Of a DNA stretch of 64,000 nucleotides, positions 10,385 to 20,839 are shown piece after piece. The stretch lies in assembly GCA_009859145.1 (NCBI GenBank), contig VRVR01000023.1, positions 139,544 to 203,543 on the forward strand, given 5' to 3'. The translations under genes were made by a program, and so were the position numbers. The stretch is from Andalucia godoyi And28 (taxonomy: Eukaryota > Protista > Jakobida). How positions within the stretch are numbered: the first letter of the stretch is position 1; the number at the start of each line of letters is the position of its first letter. The notes beneath the pieces were generated by a model. That model was given only the letters and a program-made list of their open reading frames with translations, was not told where the DNA came from and did not search any database.

Positions 10385-11112
10385 CTGAATAATAACACGC
10401 CATTGTGTCATGCATACGGAAGGAAGTGCCCATAAACAGACACGGTCGATACTGGCCGACACTAGCACGTTTGCTTCACAGGAATTCGTGCTTACGCACG
10501 CTCGGCCAAAATTCAGCCGGTGACACAGGCTCCGCATTTTCGACACTATTTAACGCAGCATCCGTAGCCATCTATTCTATCATTCGTTGGTTTCGTTTTT
10601 TGGCTTCACTTTTTTAATTCAAACATGGGCGTGAGTGCGCTGGGATGACGCATTCGCCTACGCCTACGCCGCTCGATACAGGGTCTCCTAGGTCCCGCAG
10701 ACCTCCTAAGAGACCACGTGTCACTGCGCCTACCGCCTCTTCCTCTCGTATCTCCTGTTGCATCAATCGCTGCAACTGAGGACACGAAAGCGCCTGCTGC
10801 TAGGGCCGTCGGATTCAAAATGCACCCTTCTCAGGAACAACGTGTCACGCTGAGAAAGCGGCGGAGGAGTGCACGTCCAAATCGTGCGGGCGCTGCGGTG
10901 AGATCCATGCACGTCGAGGCGGCAGCTAAAAAGTGTTTGCATGTCCCGCGTGTAGCTCGCAGATTCATCGAGATTGGGAACGGAGAGCGGAACATTTATC
11001 TGAAGAACGCCATGAGGCGTGTTGGGGGCCTATCCCCTTTCCGGCGACGGGATGCAAGATTGAATATGCATGTCTATTCGTAGATATGCATATTCAGTGT
11101 ATAATGTAGGCG
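10385..11112 (+). mobile_element. Non-autonomous Fanzor2 element, family B copy 1 (728 bp)
   Basis: CCG at 10382-10384 then CTGAATAATAACAC; right end GTGTATAATGTAGGCG; homologous to 29074-29482 and 57047-57473. Confidence 0.9.
10625..11083 (+). pseudogene. Internally deleted Fanzor2 gene: N-terminal WED/HTH start fused to Zn finger/RuvC-III
   Basis: RAVGFKMHPSQEQRVTLRK (TnpB-type N-terminal motif), junction near 10862, then EECTSKSCGRCGEIH..GGS*KVFACPACSSQIHRDW/NGERNIYLKN. Confidence 0.85.
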
Positions 11113-11130
11113 AACATCCTCAGCGAAGCG
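10990..11130 (+). ncRNA. Candidate omegaRNA scaffold (family B) plus flanking guide
   Basis: 16-bp hairpin with TTCG loop at 11061-11096, conserved in B2; lies at the element right end. Boundaries approximate. Confidence 0.55.
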
Positions 11131-11809
11131 CAACTGTAGTCATACAAGATTTTTTTTGTCGGGTGTCGTGTCTTGCTCAGCCGCTCCTTCGCCCTCGTCC
11201 CTGCTTCGACGTTCTTCAACGGCTGTCTGTCAATTCTCGACAGAAATGGATGGGTCGATTCAGCTTGCATCTGCAATTTGCGGTTTGGTGCAGCCTGTTG
11301 CAATCTGCGGTGATCTTCCTGAGGGATGCGTACGAGCAATTGGCCAAATCCCTGACCCATTTCGCGACGATCCATGGATCTCATGCCGTTCGAACCTGCT
11401 TGCTTCCACAGAATGCTCGCTTCCAGATCGGGTGAGCACTTTCCAGTGCGTGTGCTTTGACGATCATGCAGAATGAGTCGTGCCTTTTTTTTTTCGTTTT
11501 GCCACTTTCCCCTGTTTTCTCCAGTCCACCCCCCTCCTCCTCCCCCTTGCTCGCTCAAAAGGACGACGACATTAATCACCGACTTTCATTCGACTTTCTC
11601 TTTTTTTCCCCCTTTTCTCTTCCTTTTCTTTTGCTCCTCAATTTGCACATAACAACTGGCAGTTGCGAAGTATCTTTCCGTTCCCCTCCCACAGCGAATC
11701 CTCTTATTTCTTTTTATTTAAAAGTTTTAAAGGGGTTTTTATAAAAAGCAGCGATTCTCCTCTCTCCTCCTCTCTCCTCCTCCGCTCCATTTCTTGGACG
11801 TTTTGCGAA

Positions 11810-12664
11810 ATGGGCAATTCTTTTGGAAAATCAGAGCCGAAAAGCTCCCCTGTGCGCATTGTCTCTGTTCCGTCCAGGAGGTCTGCCCCCAGTTCATCAT
11901 CGTCGAGAACAACTGCCAGCGCAGATAGGGCGAATGCATTCGTGAGCACTTCTGTTGCAGATGCACATGCCGTGAAAAGACCGCATCGTCGGCAACAAGT
12001 GATCGAAGAAGACCCAGATGCACAACCGTCGCCATTGGAGGGTATGCGTTTGCTGGGGCAGCACGAAGAATGCTCCGAGGACACGCTCCGAGAACAATCA
12101 GCGAGTACAGACGTGGATCGATGCGTCGTGGCGTTCCAGAACAATTCAAAATTCCCTGTTCGTGTGTGCATCGCCGGAGTCCGATCCGTGTCGAAAGGAT
12201 CTGCAAAGCCGGTTATGGCCGAGTTCTTGCTGATGCCACATGTCAGCAGGCCTGTGATTGTGCAGAACATCTATCGGGTTATTGCAATTGAGACGAACCA
12301 AGGATGGCAGCGGGCATCAATGAACTTGGATGGTTCATTTTTTGATAACTGTGGAGACCCTAGCGAACTGACTGCAGAAGAAAAGGAAGAGGATGCGAGA
12401 GGCAGCCCACTCAAAAGAAGAGGAGACAGTGCAAAGTTTCGCGCAATCCGCGTGACGCTCACTTCCGGGGTCTTTCTAGATGGTGTCATCGACCGGTCTG
12501 CCCACTTGGTGCATGTCCATGGATTTGGCAAGATTTCTTCAATTCGGCACGAAGGAACGACAGATTCTGAACTCCGCAGACGTCTCGTGAGTTTACGCTG
12601 TTCCAGGCGCGATACCACGTCATCTGTCCTTCAAAAAGTACCAGAACAGCCATCGGTATTTTGA
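11810..12664 (+). CDS. Hypothetical protein, FPVR...QGWQ family member 1; possible N-myristoylation
   Basis: MGNSFGKS start; FQNNSKFPVRV...NQGWQR motif shared with three paralogs. Confidence 0.7.
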   Translation: MGNSFGKSEPKSSPVRIVSVPSRRSAPSSSSSRTTASADRANAFVSTSVADAHAVKRPHRRQQVIEEDPDAQPSPLEGMRLLGQHEECSEDTLREQSASTDVDRCVVAFQNNSKFPVRVCIAGVRSVSKGSAKPVMAEFLLMPHVSRPVIVQNIYRVIAIETNQGWQRASMNLDGSFFDNCGDPSELTAEEKEEDARGSPLKRRGDSAKFRAIRVTLTSGVFLDGVIDRSAHLVHVHGFGKISSIRHEGTTDSELRRRLVSLRCSRRDTTSSVLQKVPEQPSVF

Positions 12665-13464
12665 TCCCCCACCTCCCTGTCGAAAATGTGCCAAAGAATG
12701 TATATACGGAGCGTCTCTGTGTGTGAACGTCTGCGTAAAAGACGTACCTATTATATGCTGAAGCGAGGGGGCTTTTCATGAATTTTTTTCTTCCTCTGTC
12801 GTTTTTTCCGGGAGGTTTCCCTCCTTTTATTTTCTTAATCGTGGACGATTTGTAGGCGGTAAAGCAGGATGCAGCGTCTGAAAATCGTGGCTTGACGTGC
12901 GGAGCGAGAAACGTCCAGTAATCGGAATGCAGCATTCCAAGAACGAAAAAAGGGATCCCAAGCAGCAGTATGTCCGTTGCGAGCAGGCACGCTGCGGCCG
13001 GTATCCAAGCAGACTATAAGTGGACATACAGGCAGGACTGCGAACAAAAACCAAGTACAGCGGCAATTTCTGAACGTCAATTGAAGTGGTCAAGGGTGTT
13101 CGAATGCATGCGCCACCCGACTTCCATGCCCGCAAGAAGACGGAGAGTTGCCTCCACTTCATGACGAGTAGGGGGGGACTGACCCATCGTGTTTTTTGGT
13201 TATTGAAATCTTGACACGCCCAGCCTCAGTAAGGCGTATTTGTTTAAAAAGTGCTCTCTTTTGTATGCAAAAACATACACTGGAAAGAAAACAACAACAA
13301 CAACAGCAACAAAACAAAAAAGCAAACAAATAGAAAAGAAAAAACCCGGGCCTCGGCATGCTTCATCGATCTCTCCGACTCTAAAGCAGCACAGGTACTC
13401 GTTTTATTTTATTTTAGAAAGAATAGAAGCAACCAAATTGTTACAGACGGGCGGCAACTATAAT

Positions 13465-15414
13465 ATGGGAAATCGTTGTGCCACCGGTCCGACCGCTAGA
13501 CGAGCGCATGACCAGGAATTGCACGGGCCACAACATGTCCTTCCTCCGTCCAGAGGCAGGAATCGAGAAGGAAAGAAGAAGGCGGCAGTCGAACTACCCA
13601 CCAGTAGACCTCATAATGGTAGCGCGCACCCCCTCAAACAACTGACACTGCGAGAACTGCACCGACCAAATGCACTCGATTTAGAAGGATTAGATTGCGA
13701 AGGACCGCGTCTCTACGACGAAGAAGCGTGGCACACTCCGGGCGATGGCTTCGACGATGTTCATGGATACGGCAAATGCCCGTCTCCGGCAGCGGCTTTT
13801 CACAACAACGGCAGTGCAACGACGAAGGTTAAACCGAACTTCGGCGAGAATCTGCTTCCTCCCGAATCGCTGCAGTCCACTCCAGTACCCAAACGTTCTC
13901 CGCACGAAATGGAGTTGGCAGCCATCGACAACCATCGAACCGTTTCTTCTCTCAGCAGCAGCGTGGAGTTGACGTGCACTGCAGGCACCGATGCTGCATC
14001 CATCGATCATGACTCCTCCGATAATATTACCCCTGCGTTGAAATGCCCCAGAGCCACATTCCACCACATTCGCGCTGCTGGTTCTACAAAATACGTCGTC
14101 AAAGATAAGTTCGGACGGGCTCCCATACCAAGGCAGTCGACGACGCTCGCCACGGACTGGACGAACGACCCGTTTTTGAAGAACGATTTACAACGTGGTT
14201 CGATGGGCAGCTCTTCACGAACCGAGTCCTCTTGTGCGACTGGCACTGGCACATCCAATGCTGCCGGAACCTTTAACAGCCAACAGAAACTTTCCTCCGA
14301 CACCGTGACTTCCCAGTCTACTGCGACTACTGCTAGTACCACTACCACTACCGTTCATGCTCCGAGTCAGCAGCTTGGAATGCATCGTCACCCAACCGCA
14401 CGATTGTTCAAGCAGTCGTCGTCGGGAGGTGGGGGCTATGGGTACCATCTGCGTTCTTCCAGTGTTGGACTTCCTACAATGTCCGTGAGATCATCGCTTG
14501 TGGTGCTCCCCAGCTCCTTCCGCTCCGTGGAGCAAAGCAAGAACCCGCAGCTGAGCGCAACGGTTGGGAATTTCTCGGATCCTTTGCCGATGTCCTCTTC
14601 GTCTTCCAATTACTTTCGAGAATTGCAGGAGTCCAAAACCAGAACGCTCAGTATGGATTGGGATGCAAAAGCGCTGATCTCTGAGCCGACTGCCGCCGCA
14701 ACACGGCAACAGCAAAAGCCTGCAAGTCGACGATCCTCCAGAATGTCTGTTGGATCCACAACAACAATTTCCGACAGCAGCACAACTCGACAGGCGGAGG
14801 ATCATGCAGAAGCAGTGCATCCCGTTCCATCCGCTGTCTTCTCGGACCGCACATCGATGGAGCGATCGAAATCTTCGAGGTTTCCAGAAAGCGAACATGA
14901 ATTCGGTTTCACTATCGCCAACAAGACGATGTTCCCTGTTCGGGTCAACATTCTTGTGCAGCGGGCAGCGGGGCCACATCTCGAGAACTTTGAATTCATT
15001 GTTCTTCCATTCATGACGCCCGGATTCGAGCTGGTGGCGTGCACGGTGCCCGGTTCGAAAATTCTTGCGCTCTTGGTTTCGCAGGGCTGGCAACGGGTTT
15101 CATGCACAAAGGCTGACACGTGGGATCGAGCAAGAAAAGCTTCGTGCTACGAGTTCGCCGTCAGTGTGCGATCGTGTCCCGCGGTCACATCCTCCACCTC
15201 CGCAGCAGTGGGAGTCAGTCAGGCAACTGAGCCACCTAAAATACGCATTCGTCTGTACTCCGCCTGCAAGTCGTTTCGGAAAAAACTGTTTGAGGGGGTC
15301 TCGGACCGGCATGCCGAGTCTGATTATTCGATTCCTTACAACGCATTCGACAACGACAGCGTCTCGGCGCTTCTCAACCATAACACCTTTCAAGTTTTGA
15401 ATCAGCCGCAATAA
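13465..15414 (+). CDS. Hypothetical protein, FPVR...QGWQ family member 2
   Basis: MGNRCATG start; S/T-rich disordered middle; IANKTMFPVRV...SQGWQR. Confidence 0.75.
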   Translation: MGNRCATGPTARRAHDQELHGPQHVLPPSRGRNREGKKKAAVELPTSRPHNGSAHPLKQLTLRELHRPNALDLEGLDCEGPRLYDEEAWHTPGDGFDDVHGYGKCPSPAAAFHNNGSATTKVKPNFGENLLPPESLQSTPVPKRSPHEMELAAIDNHRTVSSLSSSVELTCTAGTDAASIDHDSSDNITPALKCPRATFHHIRAAGSTKYVVKDKFGRAPIPRQSTTLATDWTNDPFLKNDLQRGSMGSSSRTESSCATGTGTSNAAGTFNSQQKLSSDTVTSQSTATTASTTTTTVHAPSQQLGMHRHPTARLFKQSSSGGGGYGYHLRSSSVGLPTMSVRSSLVVLPSSFRSVEQSKNPQLSATVGNFSDPLPMSSSSSNYFRELQESKTRTLSMDWDAKALISEPTAAATRQQQKPASRRSSRMSVGSTTTISDSSTTRQAEDHAEAVHPVPSAVFSDRTSMERSKSSRFPESEHEFGFTIANKTMFPVRVNILVQRAAGPHLENFEFIVLPFMTPGFELVACTVPGSKILALLVSQGWQRVSCTKADTWDRARKASCYEFAVSVRSCPAVTSSTSAAVGVSQATEPPKIRIRLYSACKSFRKKLFEGVSDRHAESDYSIPYNAFDNDSVSALLNHNTFQVLNQPQ

Positions 15415-15712
15415 AAAAAAGGTATATTTCAAACGGAAAAAGTGCACCCCCAGTTATTTTTACTATGGGCTTTCAGCTTGTGTCCGGTGGTGTGCGGTGG
15501 GTGCGGCTCATCGAACGAACGAACGAACGAACGAAACCCCAGCACCAACAGCAGCACAGCAGCACCTTCCTTGTCTTGGGCATGCTTGCCCGGATGCACG
15601 TTGCTCAACTTGCAGTTGCATATTACATACTATTTACACCACATTTCTTCTTTTTTCCCCCTTTTTTGCATGGAGACTGTTTGGTTGGATGGATTGTGGA
15701 AACAGACAACTA

Positions 15713-16990
15713 CTACTGATTGATCAGAAGCTGGCGAGTGGCACGAGACTGTCCGCATGCTACAATCACCGGGGGTTTTGAAGAGGAGATGCCGATCTTC
15801 ACTTCAAACTGCCCGTGCAAGCGGTGATCAAGAACATAGGTGGGCTGATGCGGAGCCTCATTTGCAGAAGCAGGTGTCGGTGCGGCGACTTTCGGACATT
15901 GGCGAATAGACATGACCAAATCGGCATTGAAAGAGACAAGATCGTGAGCAGAACCAGAAAGGACAACCTTTTGCCAGCCCTGAACAACATTGACAGAAAT
16001 AATGCGATTTCCTGGCAGGATCTCAATCTTCTGGTACTGGGGATCCGTGTGGCGCTTAGGGAACACAACGTACTCTTCATAGCGAAGCTCCTGTCTCTTG
16101 CATGCTTCTAGAACCATCACGATTCTGACAGGAAAACACGTCTTGTTGATGCAAATCAAGTGAAACGGTGTTTTGACCACCGTGGAACCCGAAATGGGAT
16201 CTTCCGCTGGATTGGAGAGCACAGACTTCTTGGATACCACTCCACCAAACTTGTCGAACATCTGGTAGACGTGCGACAAACTCATAAAGTTATGCGGCAT
16301 CTTCACCTTGTCTAGCAGGCTGGAGACTGGTTCTGGTGCAGCAGCACTGCTGGGCAGCTCATGCACATCTCGACCAGCAGAATGAGCTGCAACAGGCGTC
16401 GGCTTTCCATTCGGAGAGCAGTGGTCCGTCACAACAGACGAGTAGGACACGGAGTTTGAAATCTGCGCTGGCTCTGTCGAGCTTGCAATGGATGATTGGC
16501 TGCCTCTGCGTCCACTCGGCCGTCTGGACAATCGCATGTTCATCGATGTCGATGCATGTGCCGAACACAGCGTCTGACGTCTCTCAATTCGGCCACACAT
16601 GCCTCTCCGTTTCCCATACACATCCTTATCAGACGACGGCCACTGCGGAGGAGACACACAGACAGCAGGGGAGGGATCGACGGAATCCTTCAATGTAGGA
16701 TCCTCAAAGTCGTACTGTTCGGCCCCGGGATCGGCGTAGAGGAACAATGGGATTTCTTCAATATTCGAATGCGTGATTCGATGCTTCTCAAATCGGCGTC
16801 CCCATGCTTGTTTCTTGATCGAACTGGATACTTGGCGAATGGACGTACTCTTCGCAACCGGTATCTTTAGAAGGACAGACGCCGGGGTGCGTCCTGAGGC
16901 GTGTGCCGCTGCCGCTGTTTCTGCTCTGTGAACAAAATCAACGGCCGACGTGACAATCGGATGCGGTGCGCTTGTTTCTGGATTGCTCAT
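15713..16990 (-). CDS. Hypothetical protein, FPVR...QGWQ family member 3
   Basis: CINKTCFPVRI...VQGWQK; likely ATG 16990 (upstream ORF extension is low-complexity UTR-like). Confidence 0.7.
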   Translation of the reverse strand: MSNPETSAPHPIVTSAVDFVHRAETAAAAHASGRTPASVLLKIPVAKSTSIRQVSSSIKKQAWGRRFEKHRITHSNIEEIPLFLYADPGAEQYDFEDPTLKDSVDPSPAVCVSPPQWPSSDKDVYGKRRGMCGRIERRQTLCSAHASTSMNMRLSRRPSGRRGSQSSIASSTEPAQISNSVSYSSVVTDHCSPNGKPTPVAAHSAGRDVHELPSSAAAPEPVSSLLDKVKMPHNFMSLSHVYQMFDKFGGVVSKKSVLSNPAEDPISGSTVVKTPFHLICINKTCFPVRIVMVLEACKRQELRYEEYVVFPKRHTDPQYQKIEILPGNRIISVNVVQGWQKVVLSGSAHDLVSFNADLVMSIRQCPKVAAPTPASANEAPHQPTYVLDHRLHGQFEVKIGISSSKPPVIVACGQSRATRQLLINQ

Positions 16991-17508
16991 GGGCGTAAAG
17001 AGAGAAAGTTCAGAAAATATTGCAAATAAACGAGCCTGTTTGTGGGGATGAGAGAAACAGCAAAAAGATACAATACCACAAAGGACAGGAAGGAACAGAA
17101 CAGAACAGAACAGAACAGAACAGGATTGGATGAGATGGGATGCGGTAAGGGGGGTGGGATGGGATGGGATGAGATGAGATCTTGTTTCCGTCAGGCATGG
17201 GTTATGAAGACGAATCCTGTCATCGTCCTTGACGAGAGTGAACTGGGAATCGACGTTCCATTTGCCCTTCAACACGCCGCAAAACAACAGGGTCGTTGAT
17301 TCCGAGCAGATGTCAAGTAGAAGCCAGCTTTCAATACAGGTGCTCGTACCTCCGGGATATCTGGTTGTACGGCACGACCTTTCAGCAGACATCAAGCCTG
17401 AAGCCACAAGCAAAAGGAGAGGAAAAGAGCTGTGGAGCTGTGCAAAGAAGGGGGGGGGAAGCAGCAGCAGGCGTCCCTCTGCAGCACGAGCGAGATACCG
17501 TGCAAGGA

Positions 17509-18590
17509 TCAGCGAGGGGTCACAGCGATTTCCAAACTGTGCACAAAGTCGAAGAGTGCGTCAACAACCTGTCTCGAATGTTCACTCCACAACAGCGAAT
17601 AGTGAGTTGAGCCTGCGATTCGACGGTGCATTCGCACATCTGGAAACAGAGAGTTGCAGAGTTGGTCATAGACAACTGGATGGACAATGGGAGCGCCACC
17701 CCTTTTAAACCCAAACTCAGCAACCACCACTGCAACGGGAACTGTGATCTTTCGAAACTCTGCAGCTTTCAGCAAGTTTGCTCGCTGCCAAGCAATGTCC
17801 ATTCCAACAATCGCCAGATCATGTTTCACTTTGAATCCCGAGCCTTCTGTATGTTCAGCCGCTTCCACGGGCAGCAGCTCATGGCGAAATGACTCCAACT
17901 GGTCAACGTCGAGTGACGACTCGTCAGGAACTGGGCTTCCAAACCAGTATTCCAGATACGCCGCAAGATTCTTAAACGTCATTTTCAAGCGGTCCAGTGC
18001 CTTGACGACTCCTGGGATCAAATCCGGTGAAATGTACTCCTGCGGGGTGTCGACTGGGTATCCGGCGTCAAGCAGAACCAGCCCTTCCATGCGATCCGCA
18101 TATCGACCTGCTGCAATTTCACACACAAAAGCACCCATTGAGTGCCCGACAAACACTGCCTTGGGAATACCGAATTCGTCAAGGACCGCAATAAGATCGT
18201 CTGCGTGGATCTCGTGGCCCTTGTAATTTGCAAAGTATGCAGGGCTCGCTTCCGGAGACGACGGTCGAAACACGGAGTCCCGCGACCTCTCAAGTCGACC
18301 GAAAGGATCCGTCCTATGCAGGACGCATAGCGCGGATCCGATTGAATCGCACGGCAAAGCCCACTAAAGTTCAGCGAATACCCAGTAATCCCGGGCACAA
18401 AGACAATCGTTTTTGGTGTGCAAATATCGGACTGCCCGACAGTCGTAGTAGTACCGACATTACAGTTGTTGTCATTATTGCTGCTGCTGTTGTCGTCGCG
18501 GTTCGTCGGAGGAGCAACGTACTTCACATGAACGAGTCCGCCATCTGGACGAGAAATCGTTCTCGATTGCCAAGACACGGTCTTCTGCAT
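17509..18590 (-). CDS. Alpha/beta hydrolase split by one frameshift (or tiny intron) near 18280
   Basis: Frame 1: IVFVPGITG...SVDLRGRG; frame 2: HADDLIAVLD...VGHSMGA...GSTHYSL. Confidence 0.75.
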
Positions 18591-18872
18591 GACATCCAGT
18601 GCTTGCAGTTTGTGTGTGTGTGTGTGCAACAGTCCCTTTTTTTACTTTGGCAACATCCAAGCAGAATAAAAGAGTTTTCCTTTCAGACATTTTTAACAAT
18701 TGACGTCGGAGGAAAAAAGCACCCGACTTGAGGCTAGCTTGCTCTGCAGACTACGGTCGCAGCCTGGCAGCCCAACCTGCCGTTGAAATGGGGGGGATTT
18801 TCCCCGCAATTGGTGCTGCCTGTACGACCTCCTTGTGAACGAATTGTTTCGCTTTCCACCATCAGCAGTCGA

Positions 18873-18912
<40 letters not shown>

Positions 18913-19342
18913 CGGCATGCATACACACACGCACGCATACACCAACTTACTTTTTATCTTGCAACAGATGAATGAATATTGAAATCAAAGAAGAATATTA
19001 AGAACAACCACAGTAACCTTTTTTTCCCCTTTAAAAGAAGAAGAAGAAGAAGATTGGTGTTGTGTTTACGATTAAGGAAGGCACAGGAGTAAGGGCAAGA
19101 AAGACACAAAGGTCTCCTCCAACGCTCAGAAAACAAGCACAGGAAACGGTGTTATTATTTTTTTAAATCACCAAGACAGTATTTTAGTCCCTTCCGTTTG
19201 ACTCGACGCCCACTCGTTCTTTCGGTTTCTTTCCCGCCGCCCCAACTTGTTGACCTAAGAAACATTTCTTTGTGGCCATTTGTTTTTGCATTTTTTTCCT
19301 TTTCTTGTTGTGGGATCGTGTTTTGAGAATCTCGAGGTGAAT

Positions 19343-20500
19343 ATGTCTTCGCAGTTTTTATCGAGTATACGGAAGCAATCTGCGGCGTCGAAAGACGAGA
19401 GAATAGCACAGCTCGAGTCTGAGAATGCAAGACTGCAAAAGGAGGTATTGAGATGGGAAGAGATGTATGGCCGACTTCGAGCATCCAAGGAAAAGATCTC
19501 CTCATCGTCATCGTCATCGTCGATAATTCCGAAAAACTCAAGTTCAACGAATCTCGCAACAGAGTCTGCTGAGCAGTATCAAAGCAAGGCGGATGCTGAA
19601 ATCCAGAGTCTTCGAGCAATGATGGGTGCCGTTTTCGAGGCGTTTCCACAAGCTTCCCATTTCTTGGCAGCGCGATTTGGATCCGTTCCGTCGTGCATTC
19701 CTCCCTCCATCGCAAGTCCTCTATCCAGCAGCAGCAACGTGAAATACGAGGAGCCTTCGCATGGCCCTGTCGGAGCACACGCTGCCGGGAACACGGACCT
19801 CCTTAGTAACCACAGCAATATGAGTGCGAACGGAAACAGAAGCGGAAACGGTAGCGGAAGCGGAAGTGGAAATGGGAATGGGGGTTATGCCTTTCACAAC
19901 AGTAACAACAGTAGCAACAGCAACAACAGCTATGGCAACAGTGTTCCGTTTTCACCGGAGAGCTTCCAGCCAATGCAAGTGTCGAAACAGGCTCACCAGC
20001 ACTACCAGCCTCAGGCTTTTGTGCAGTCGCATGTTTCGGCTCCGGCTCCGTCTCCGTCTCCATCTCCGTCTCCATCTCCCCAACAGCAGCAGCAGCAACC
20101 GGTGATGAAACAGAATAGCCCAGGGACGATACATCCACTGCCTTTTGTTTCACATGACGGCTTTAGCGAGCATGCTTCCAGCGGTCCAGTGATGTCGAGT
20201 ACGGCTCGAAGGGTCTCGGTGACGACTGGTGGATCACCGTCTCCGTTGGTGCAGCAAGCTGCGCAGCCGAGAAGCATCGCGAGGCAAGTGAGCACTTCGC
20301 AGCCAGAAGATAATCTTAGTAGGATGATCCAGGAGACTGTGAACGGAATTCGAAACCTCGATGTCCAGGTCAATGAGCACATGGCGGAGTCGGAAGCAAA
20401 AATGCAAGCCGATAAGGCACATCGGCAAAAGTTTGTCCAGCTTCAAACTTGTCTCCAGGCGATGCACGATATTGTCGCTAGAGCAGTCACCTCTGAGTAA
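19343..20500 (+). CDS. Hypothetical protein with N- and C-terminal coiled coils and low-complexity centre
   Basis: Long ORF; heptad-like RIAQLESENARLQKEV; N/S/G, SP and Q repeats. Confidence 0.7.
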   Translation: MSSQFLSSIRKQSAASKDERIAQLESENARLQKEVLRWEEMYGRLRASKEKISSSSSSSSIIPKNSSSTNLATESAEQYQSKADAEIQSLRAMMGAVFEAFPQASHFLAARFGSVPSCIPPSIASPLSSSSNVKYEEPSHGPVGAHAAGNTDLLSNHSNMSANGNRSGNGSGSGSGNGNGGYAFHNSNNSSNSNNSYGNSVPFSPESFQPMQVSKQAHQHYQPQAFVQSHVSAPAPSPSPSPSPSPQQQQQQPVMKQNSPGTIHPLPFVSHDGFSEHASSGPVMSSTARRVSVTTGGSPSPLVQQAAQPRSIARQVSTSQPEDNLSRMIQETVNGIRNLDVQVNEHMAESEAKMQADKAHRQKFVQLQTCLQAMHDIVARAVTSE

Positions 20501-20585
20501 TCACTGGCTTTCTTCTTTCACTATCTTTTCTTTTTTGTGCGTGTGCGTGTGTGTGTTTGTGTTTCTGCTTGTGTACATAACGGAA

Positions 20586-20628
<43 letters not shown>

Positions 20629-20839
20629 TAAAATACCGCCGCGACCCTTCTCTGTCTAGCTGCTGTAACCCTTGGCATAACCGCTGAATGTGATGTGATG
20701 GTTCTCAGTCTTTTTGTTCTTCTTCGTTTCGATTTTTCAAATTATCAATTTCTCCCCGTTTGTTCCAAGTCTGTGCAATCCTCTTCCCGCAGCATCAACA
20801 ATCGGATCCAGCAAACACAAGACAGGGCAGGACAGGATA

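Noticed and set aside
12827-13190. Short ORFs between family members 1 and 2
   Set aside because: No recognisable homology or coding signal on either strand
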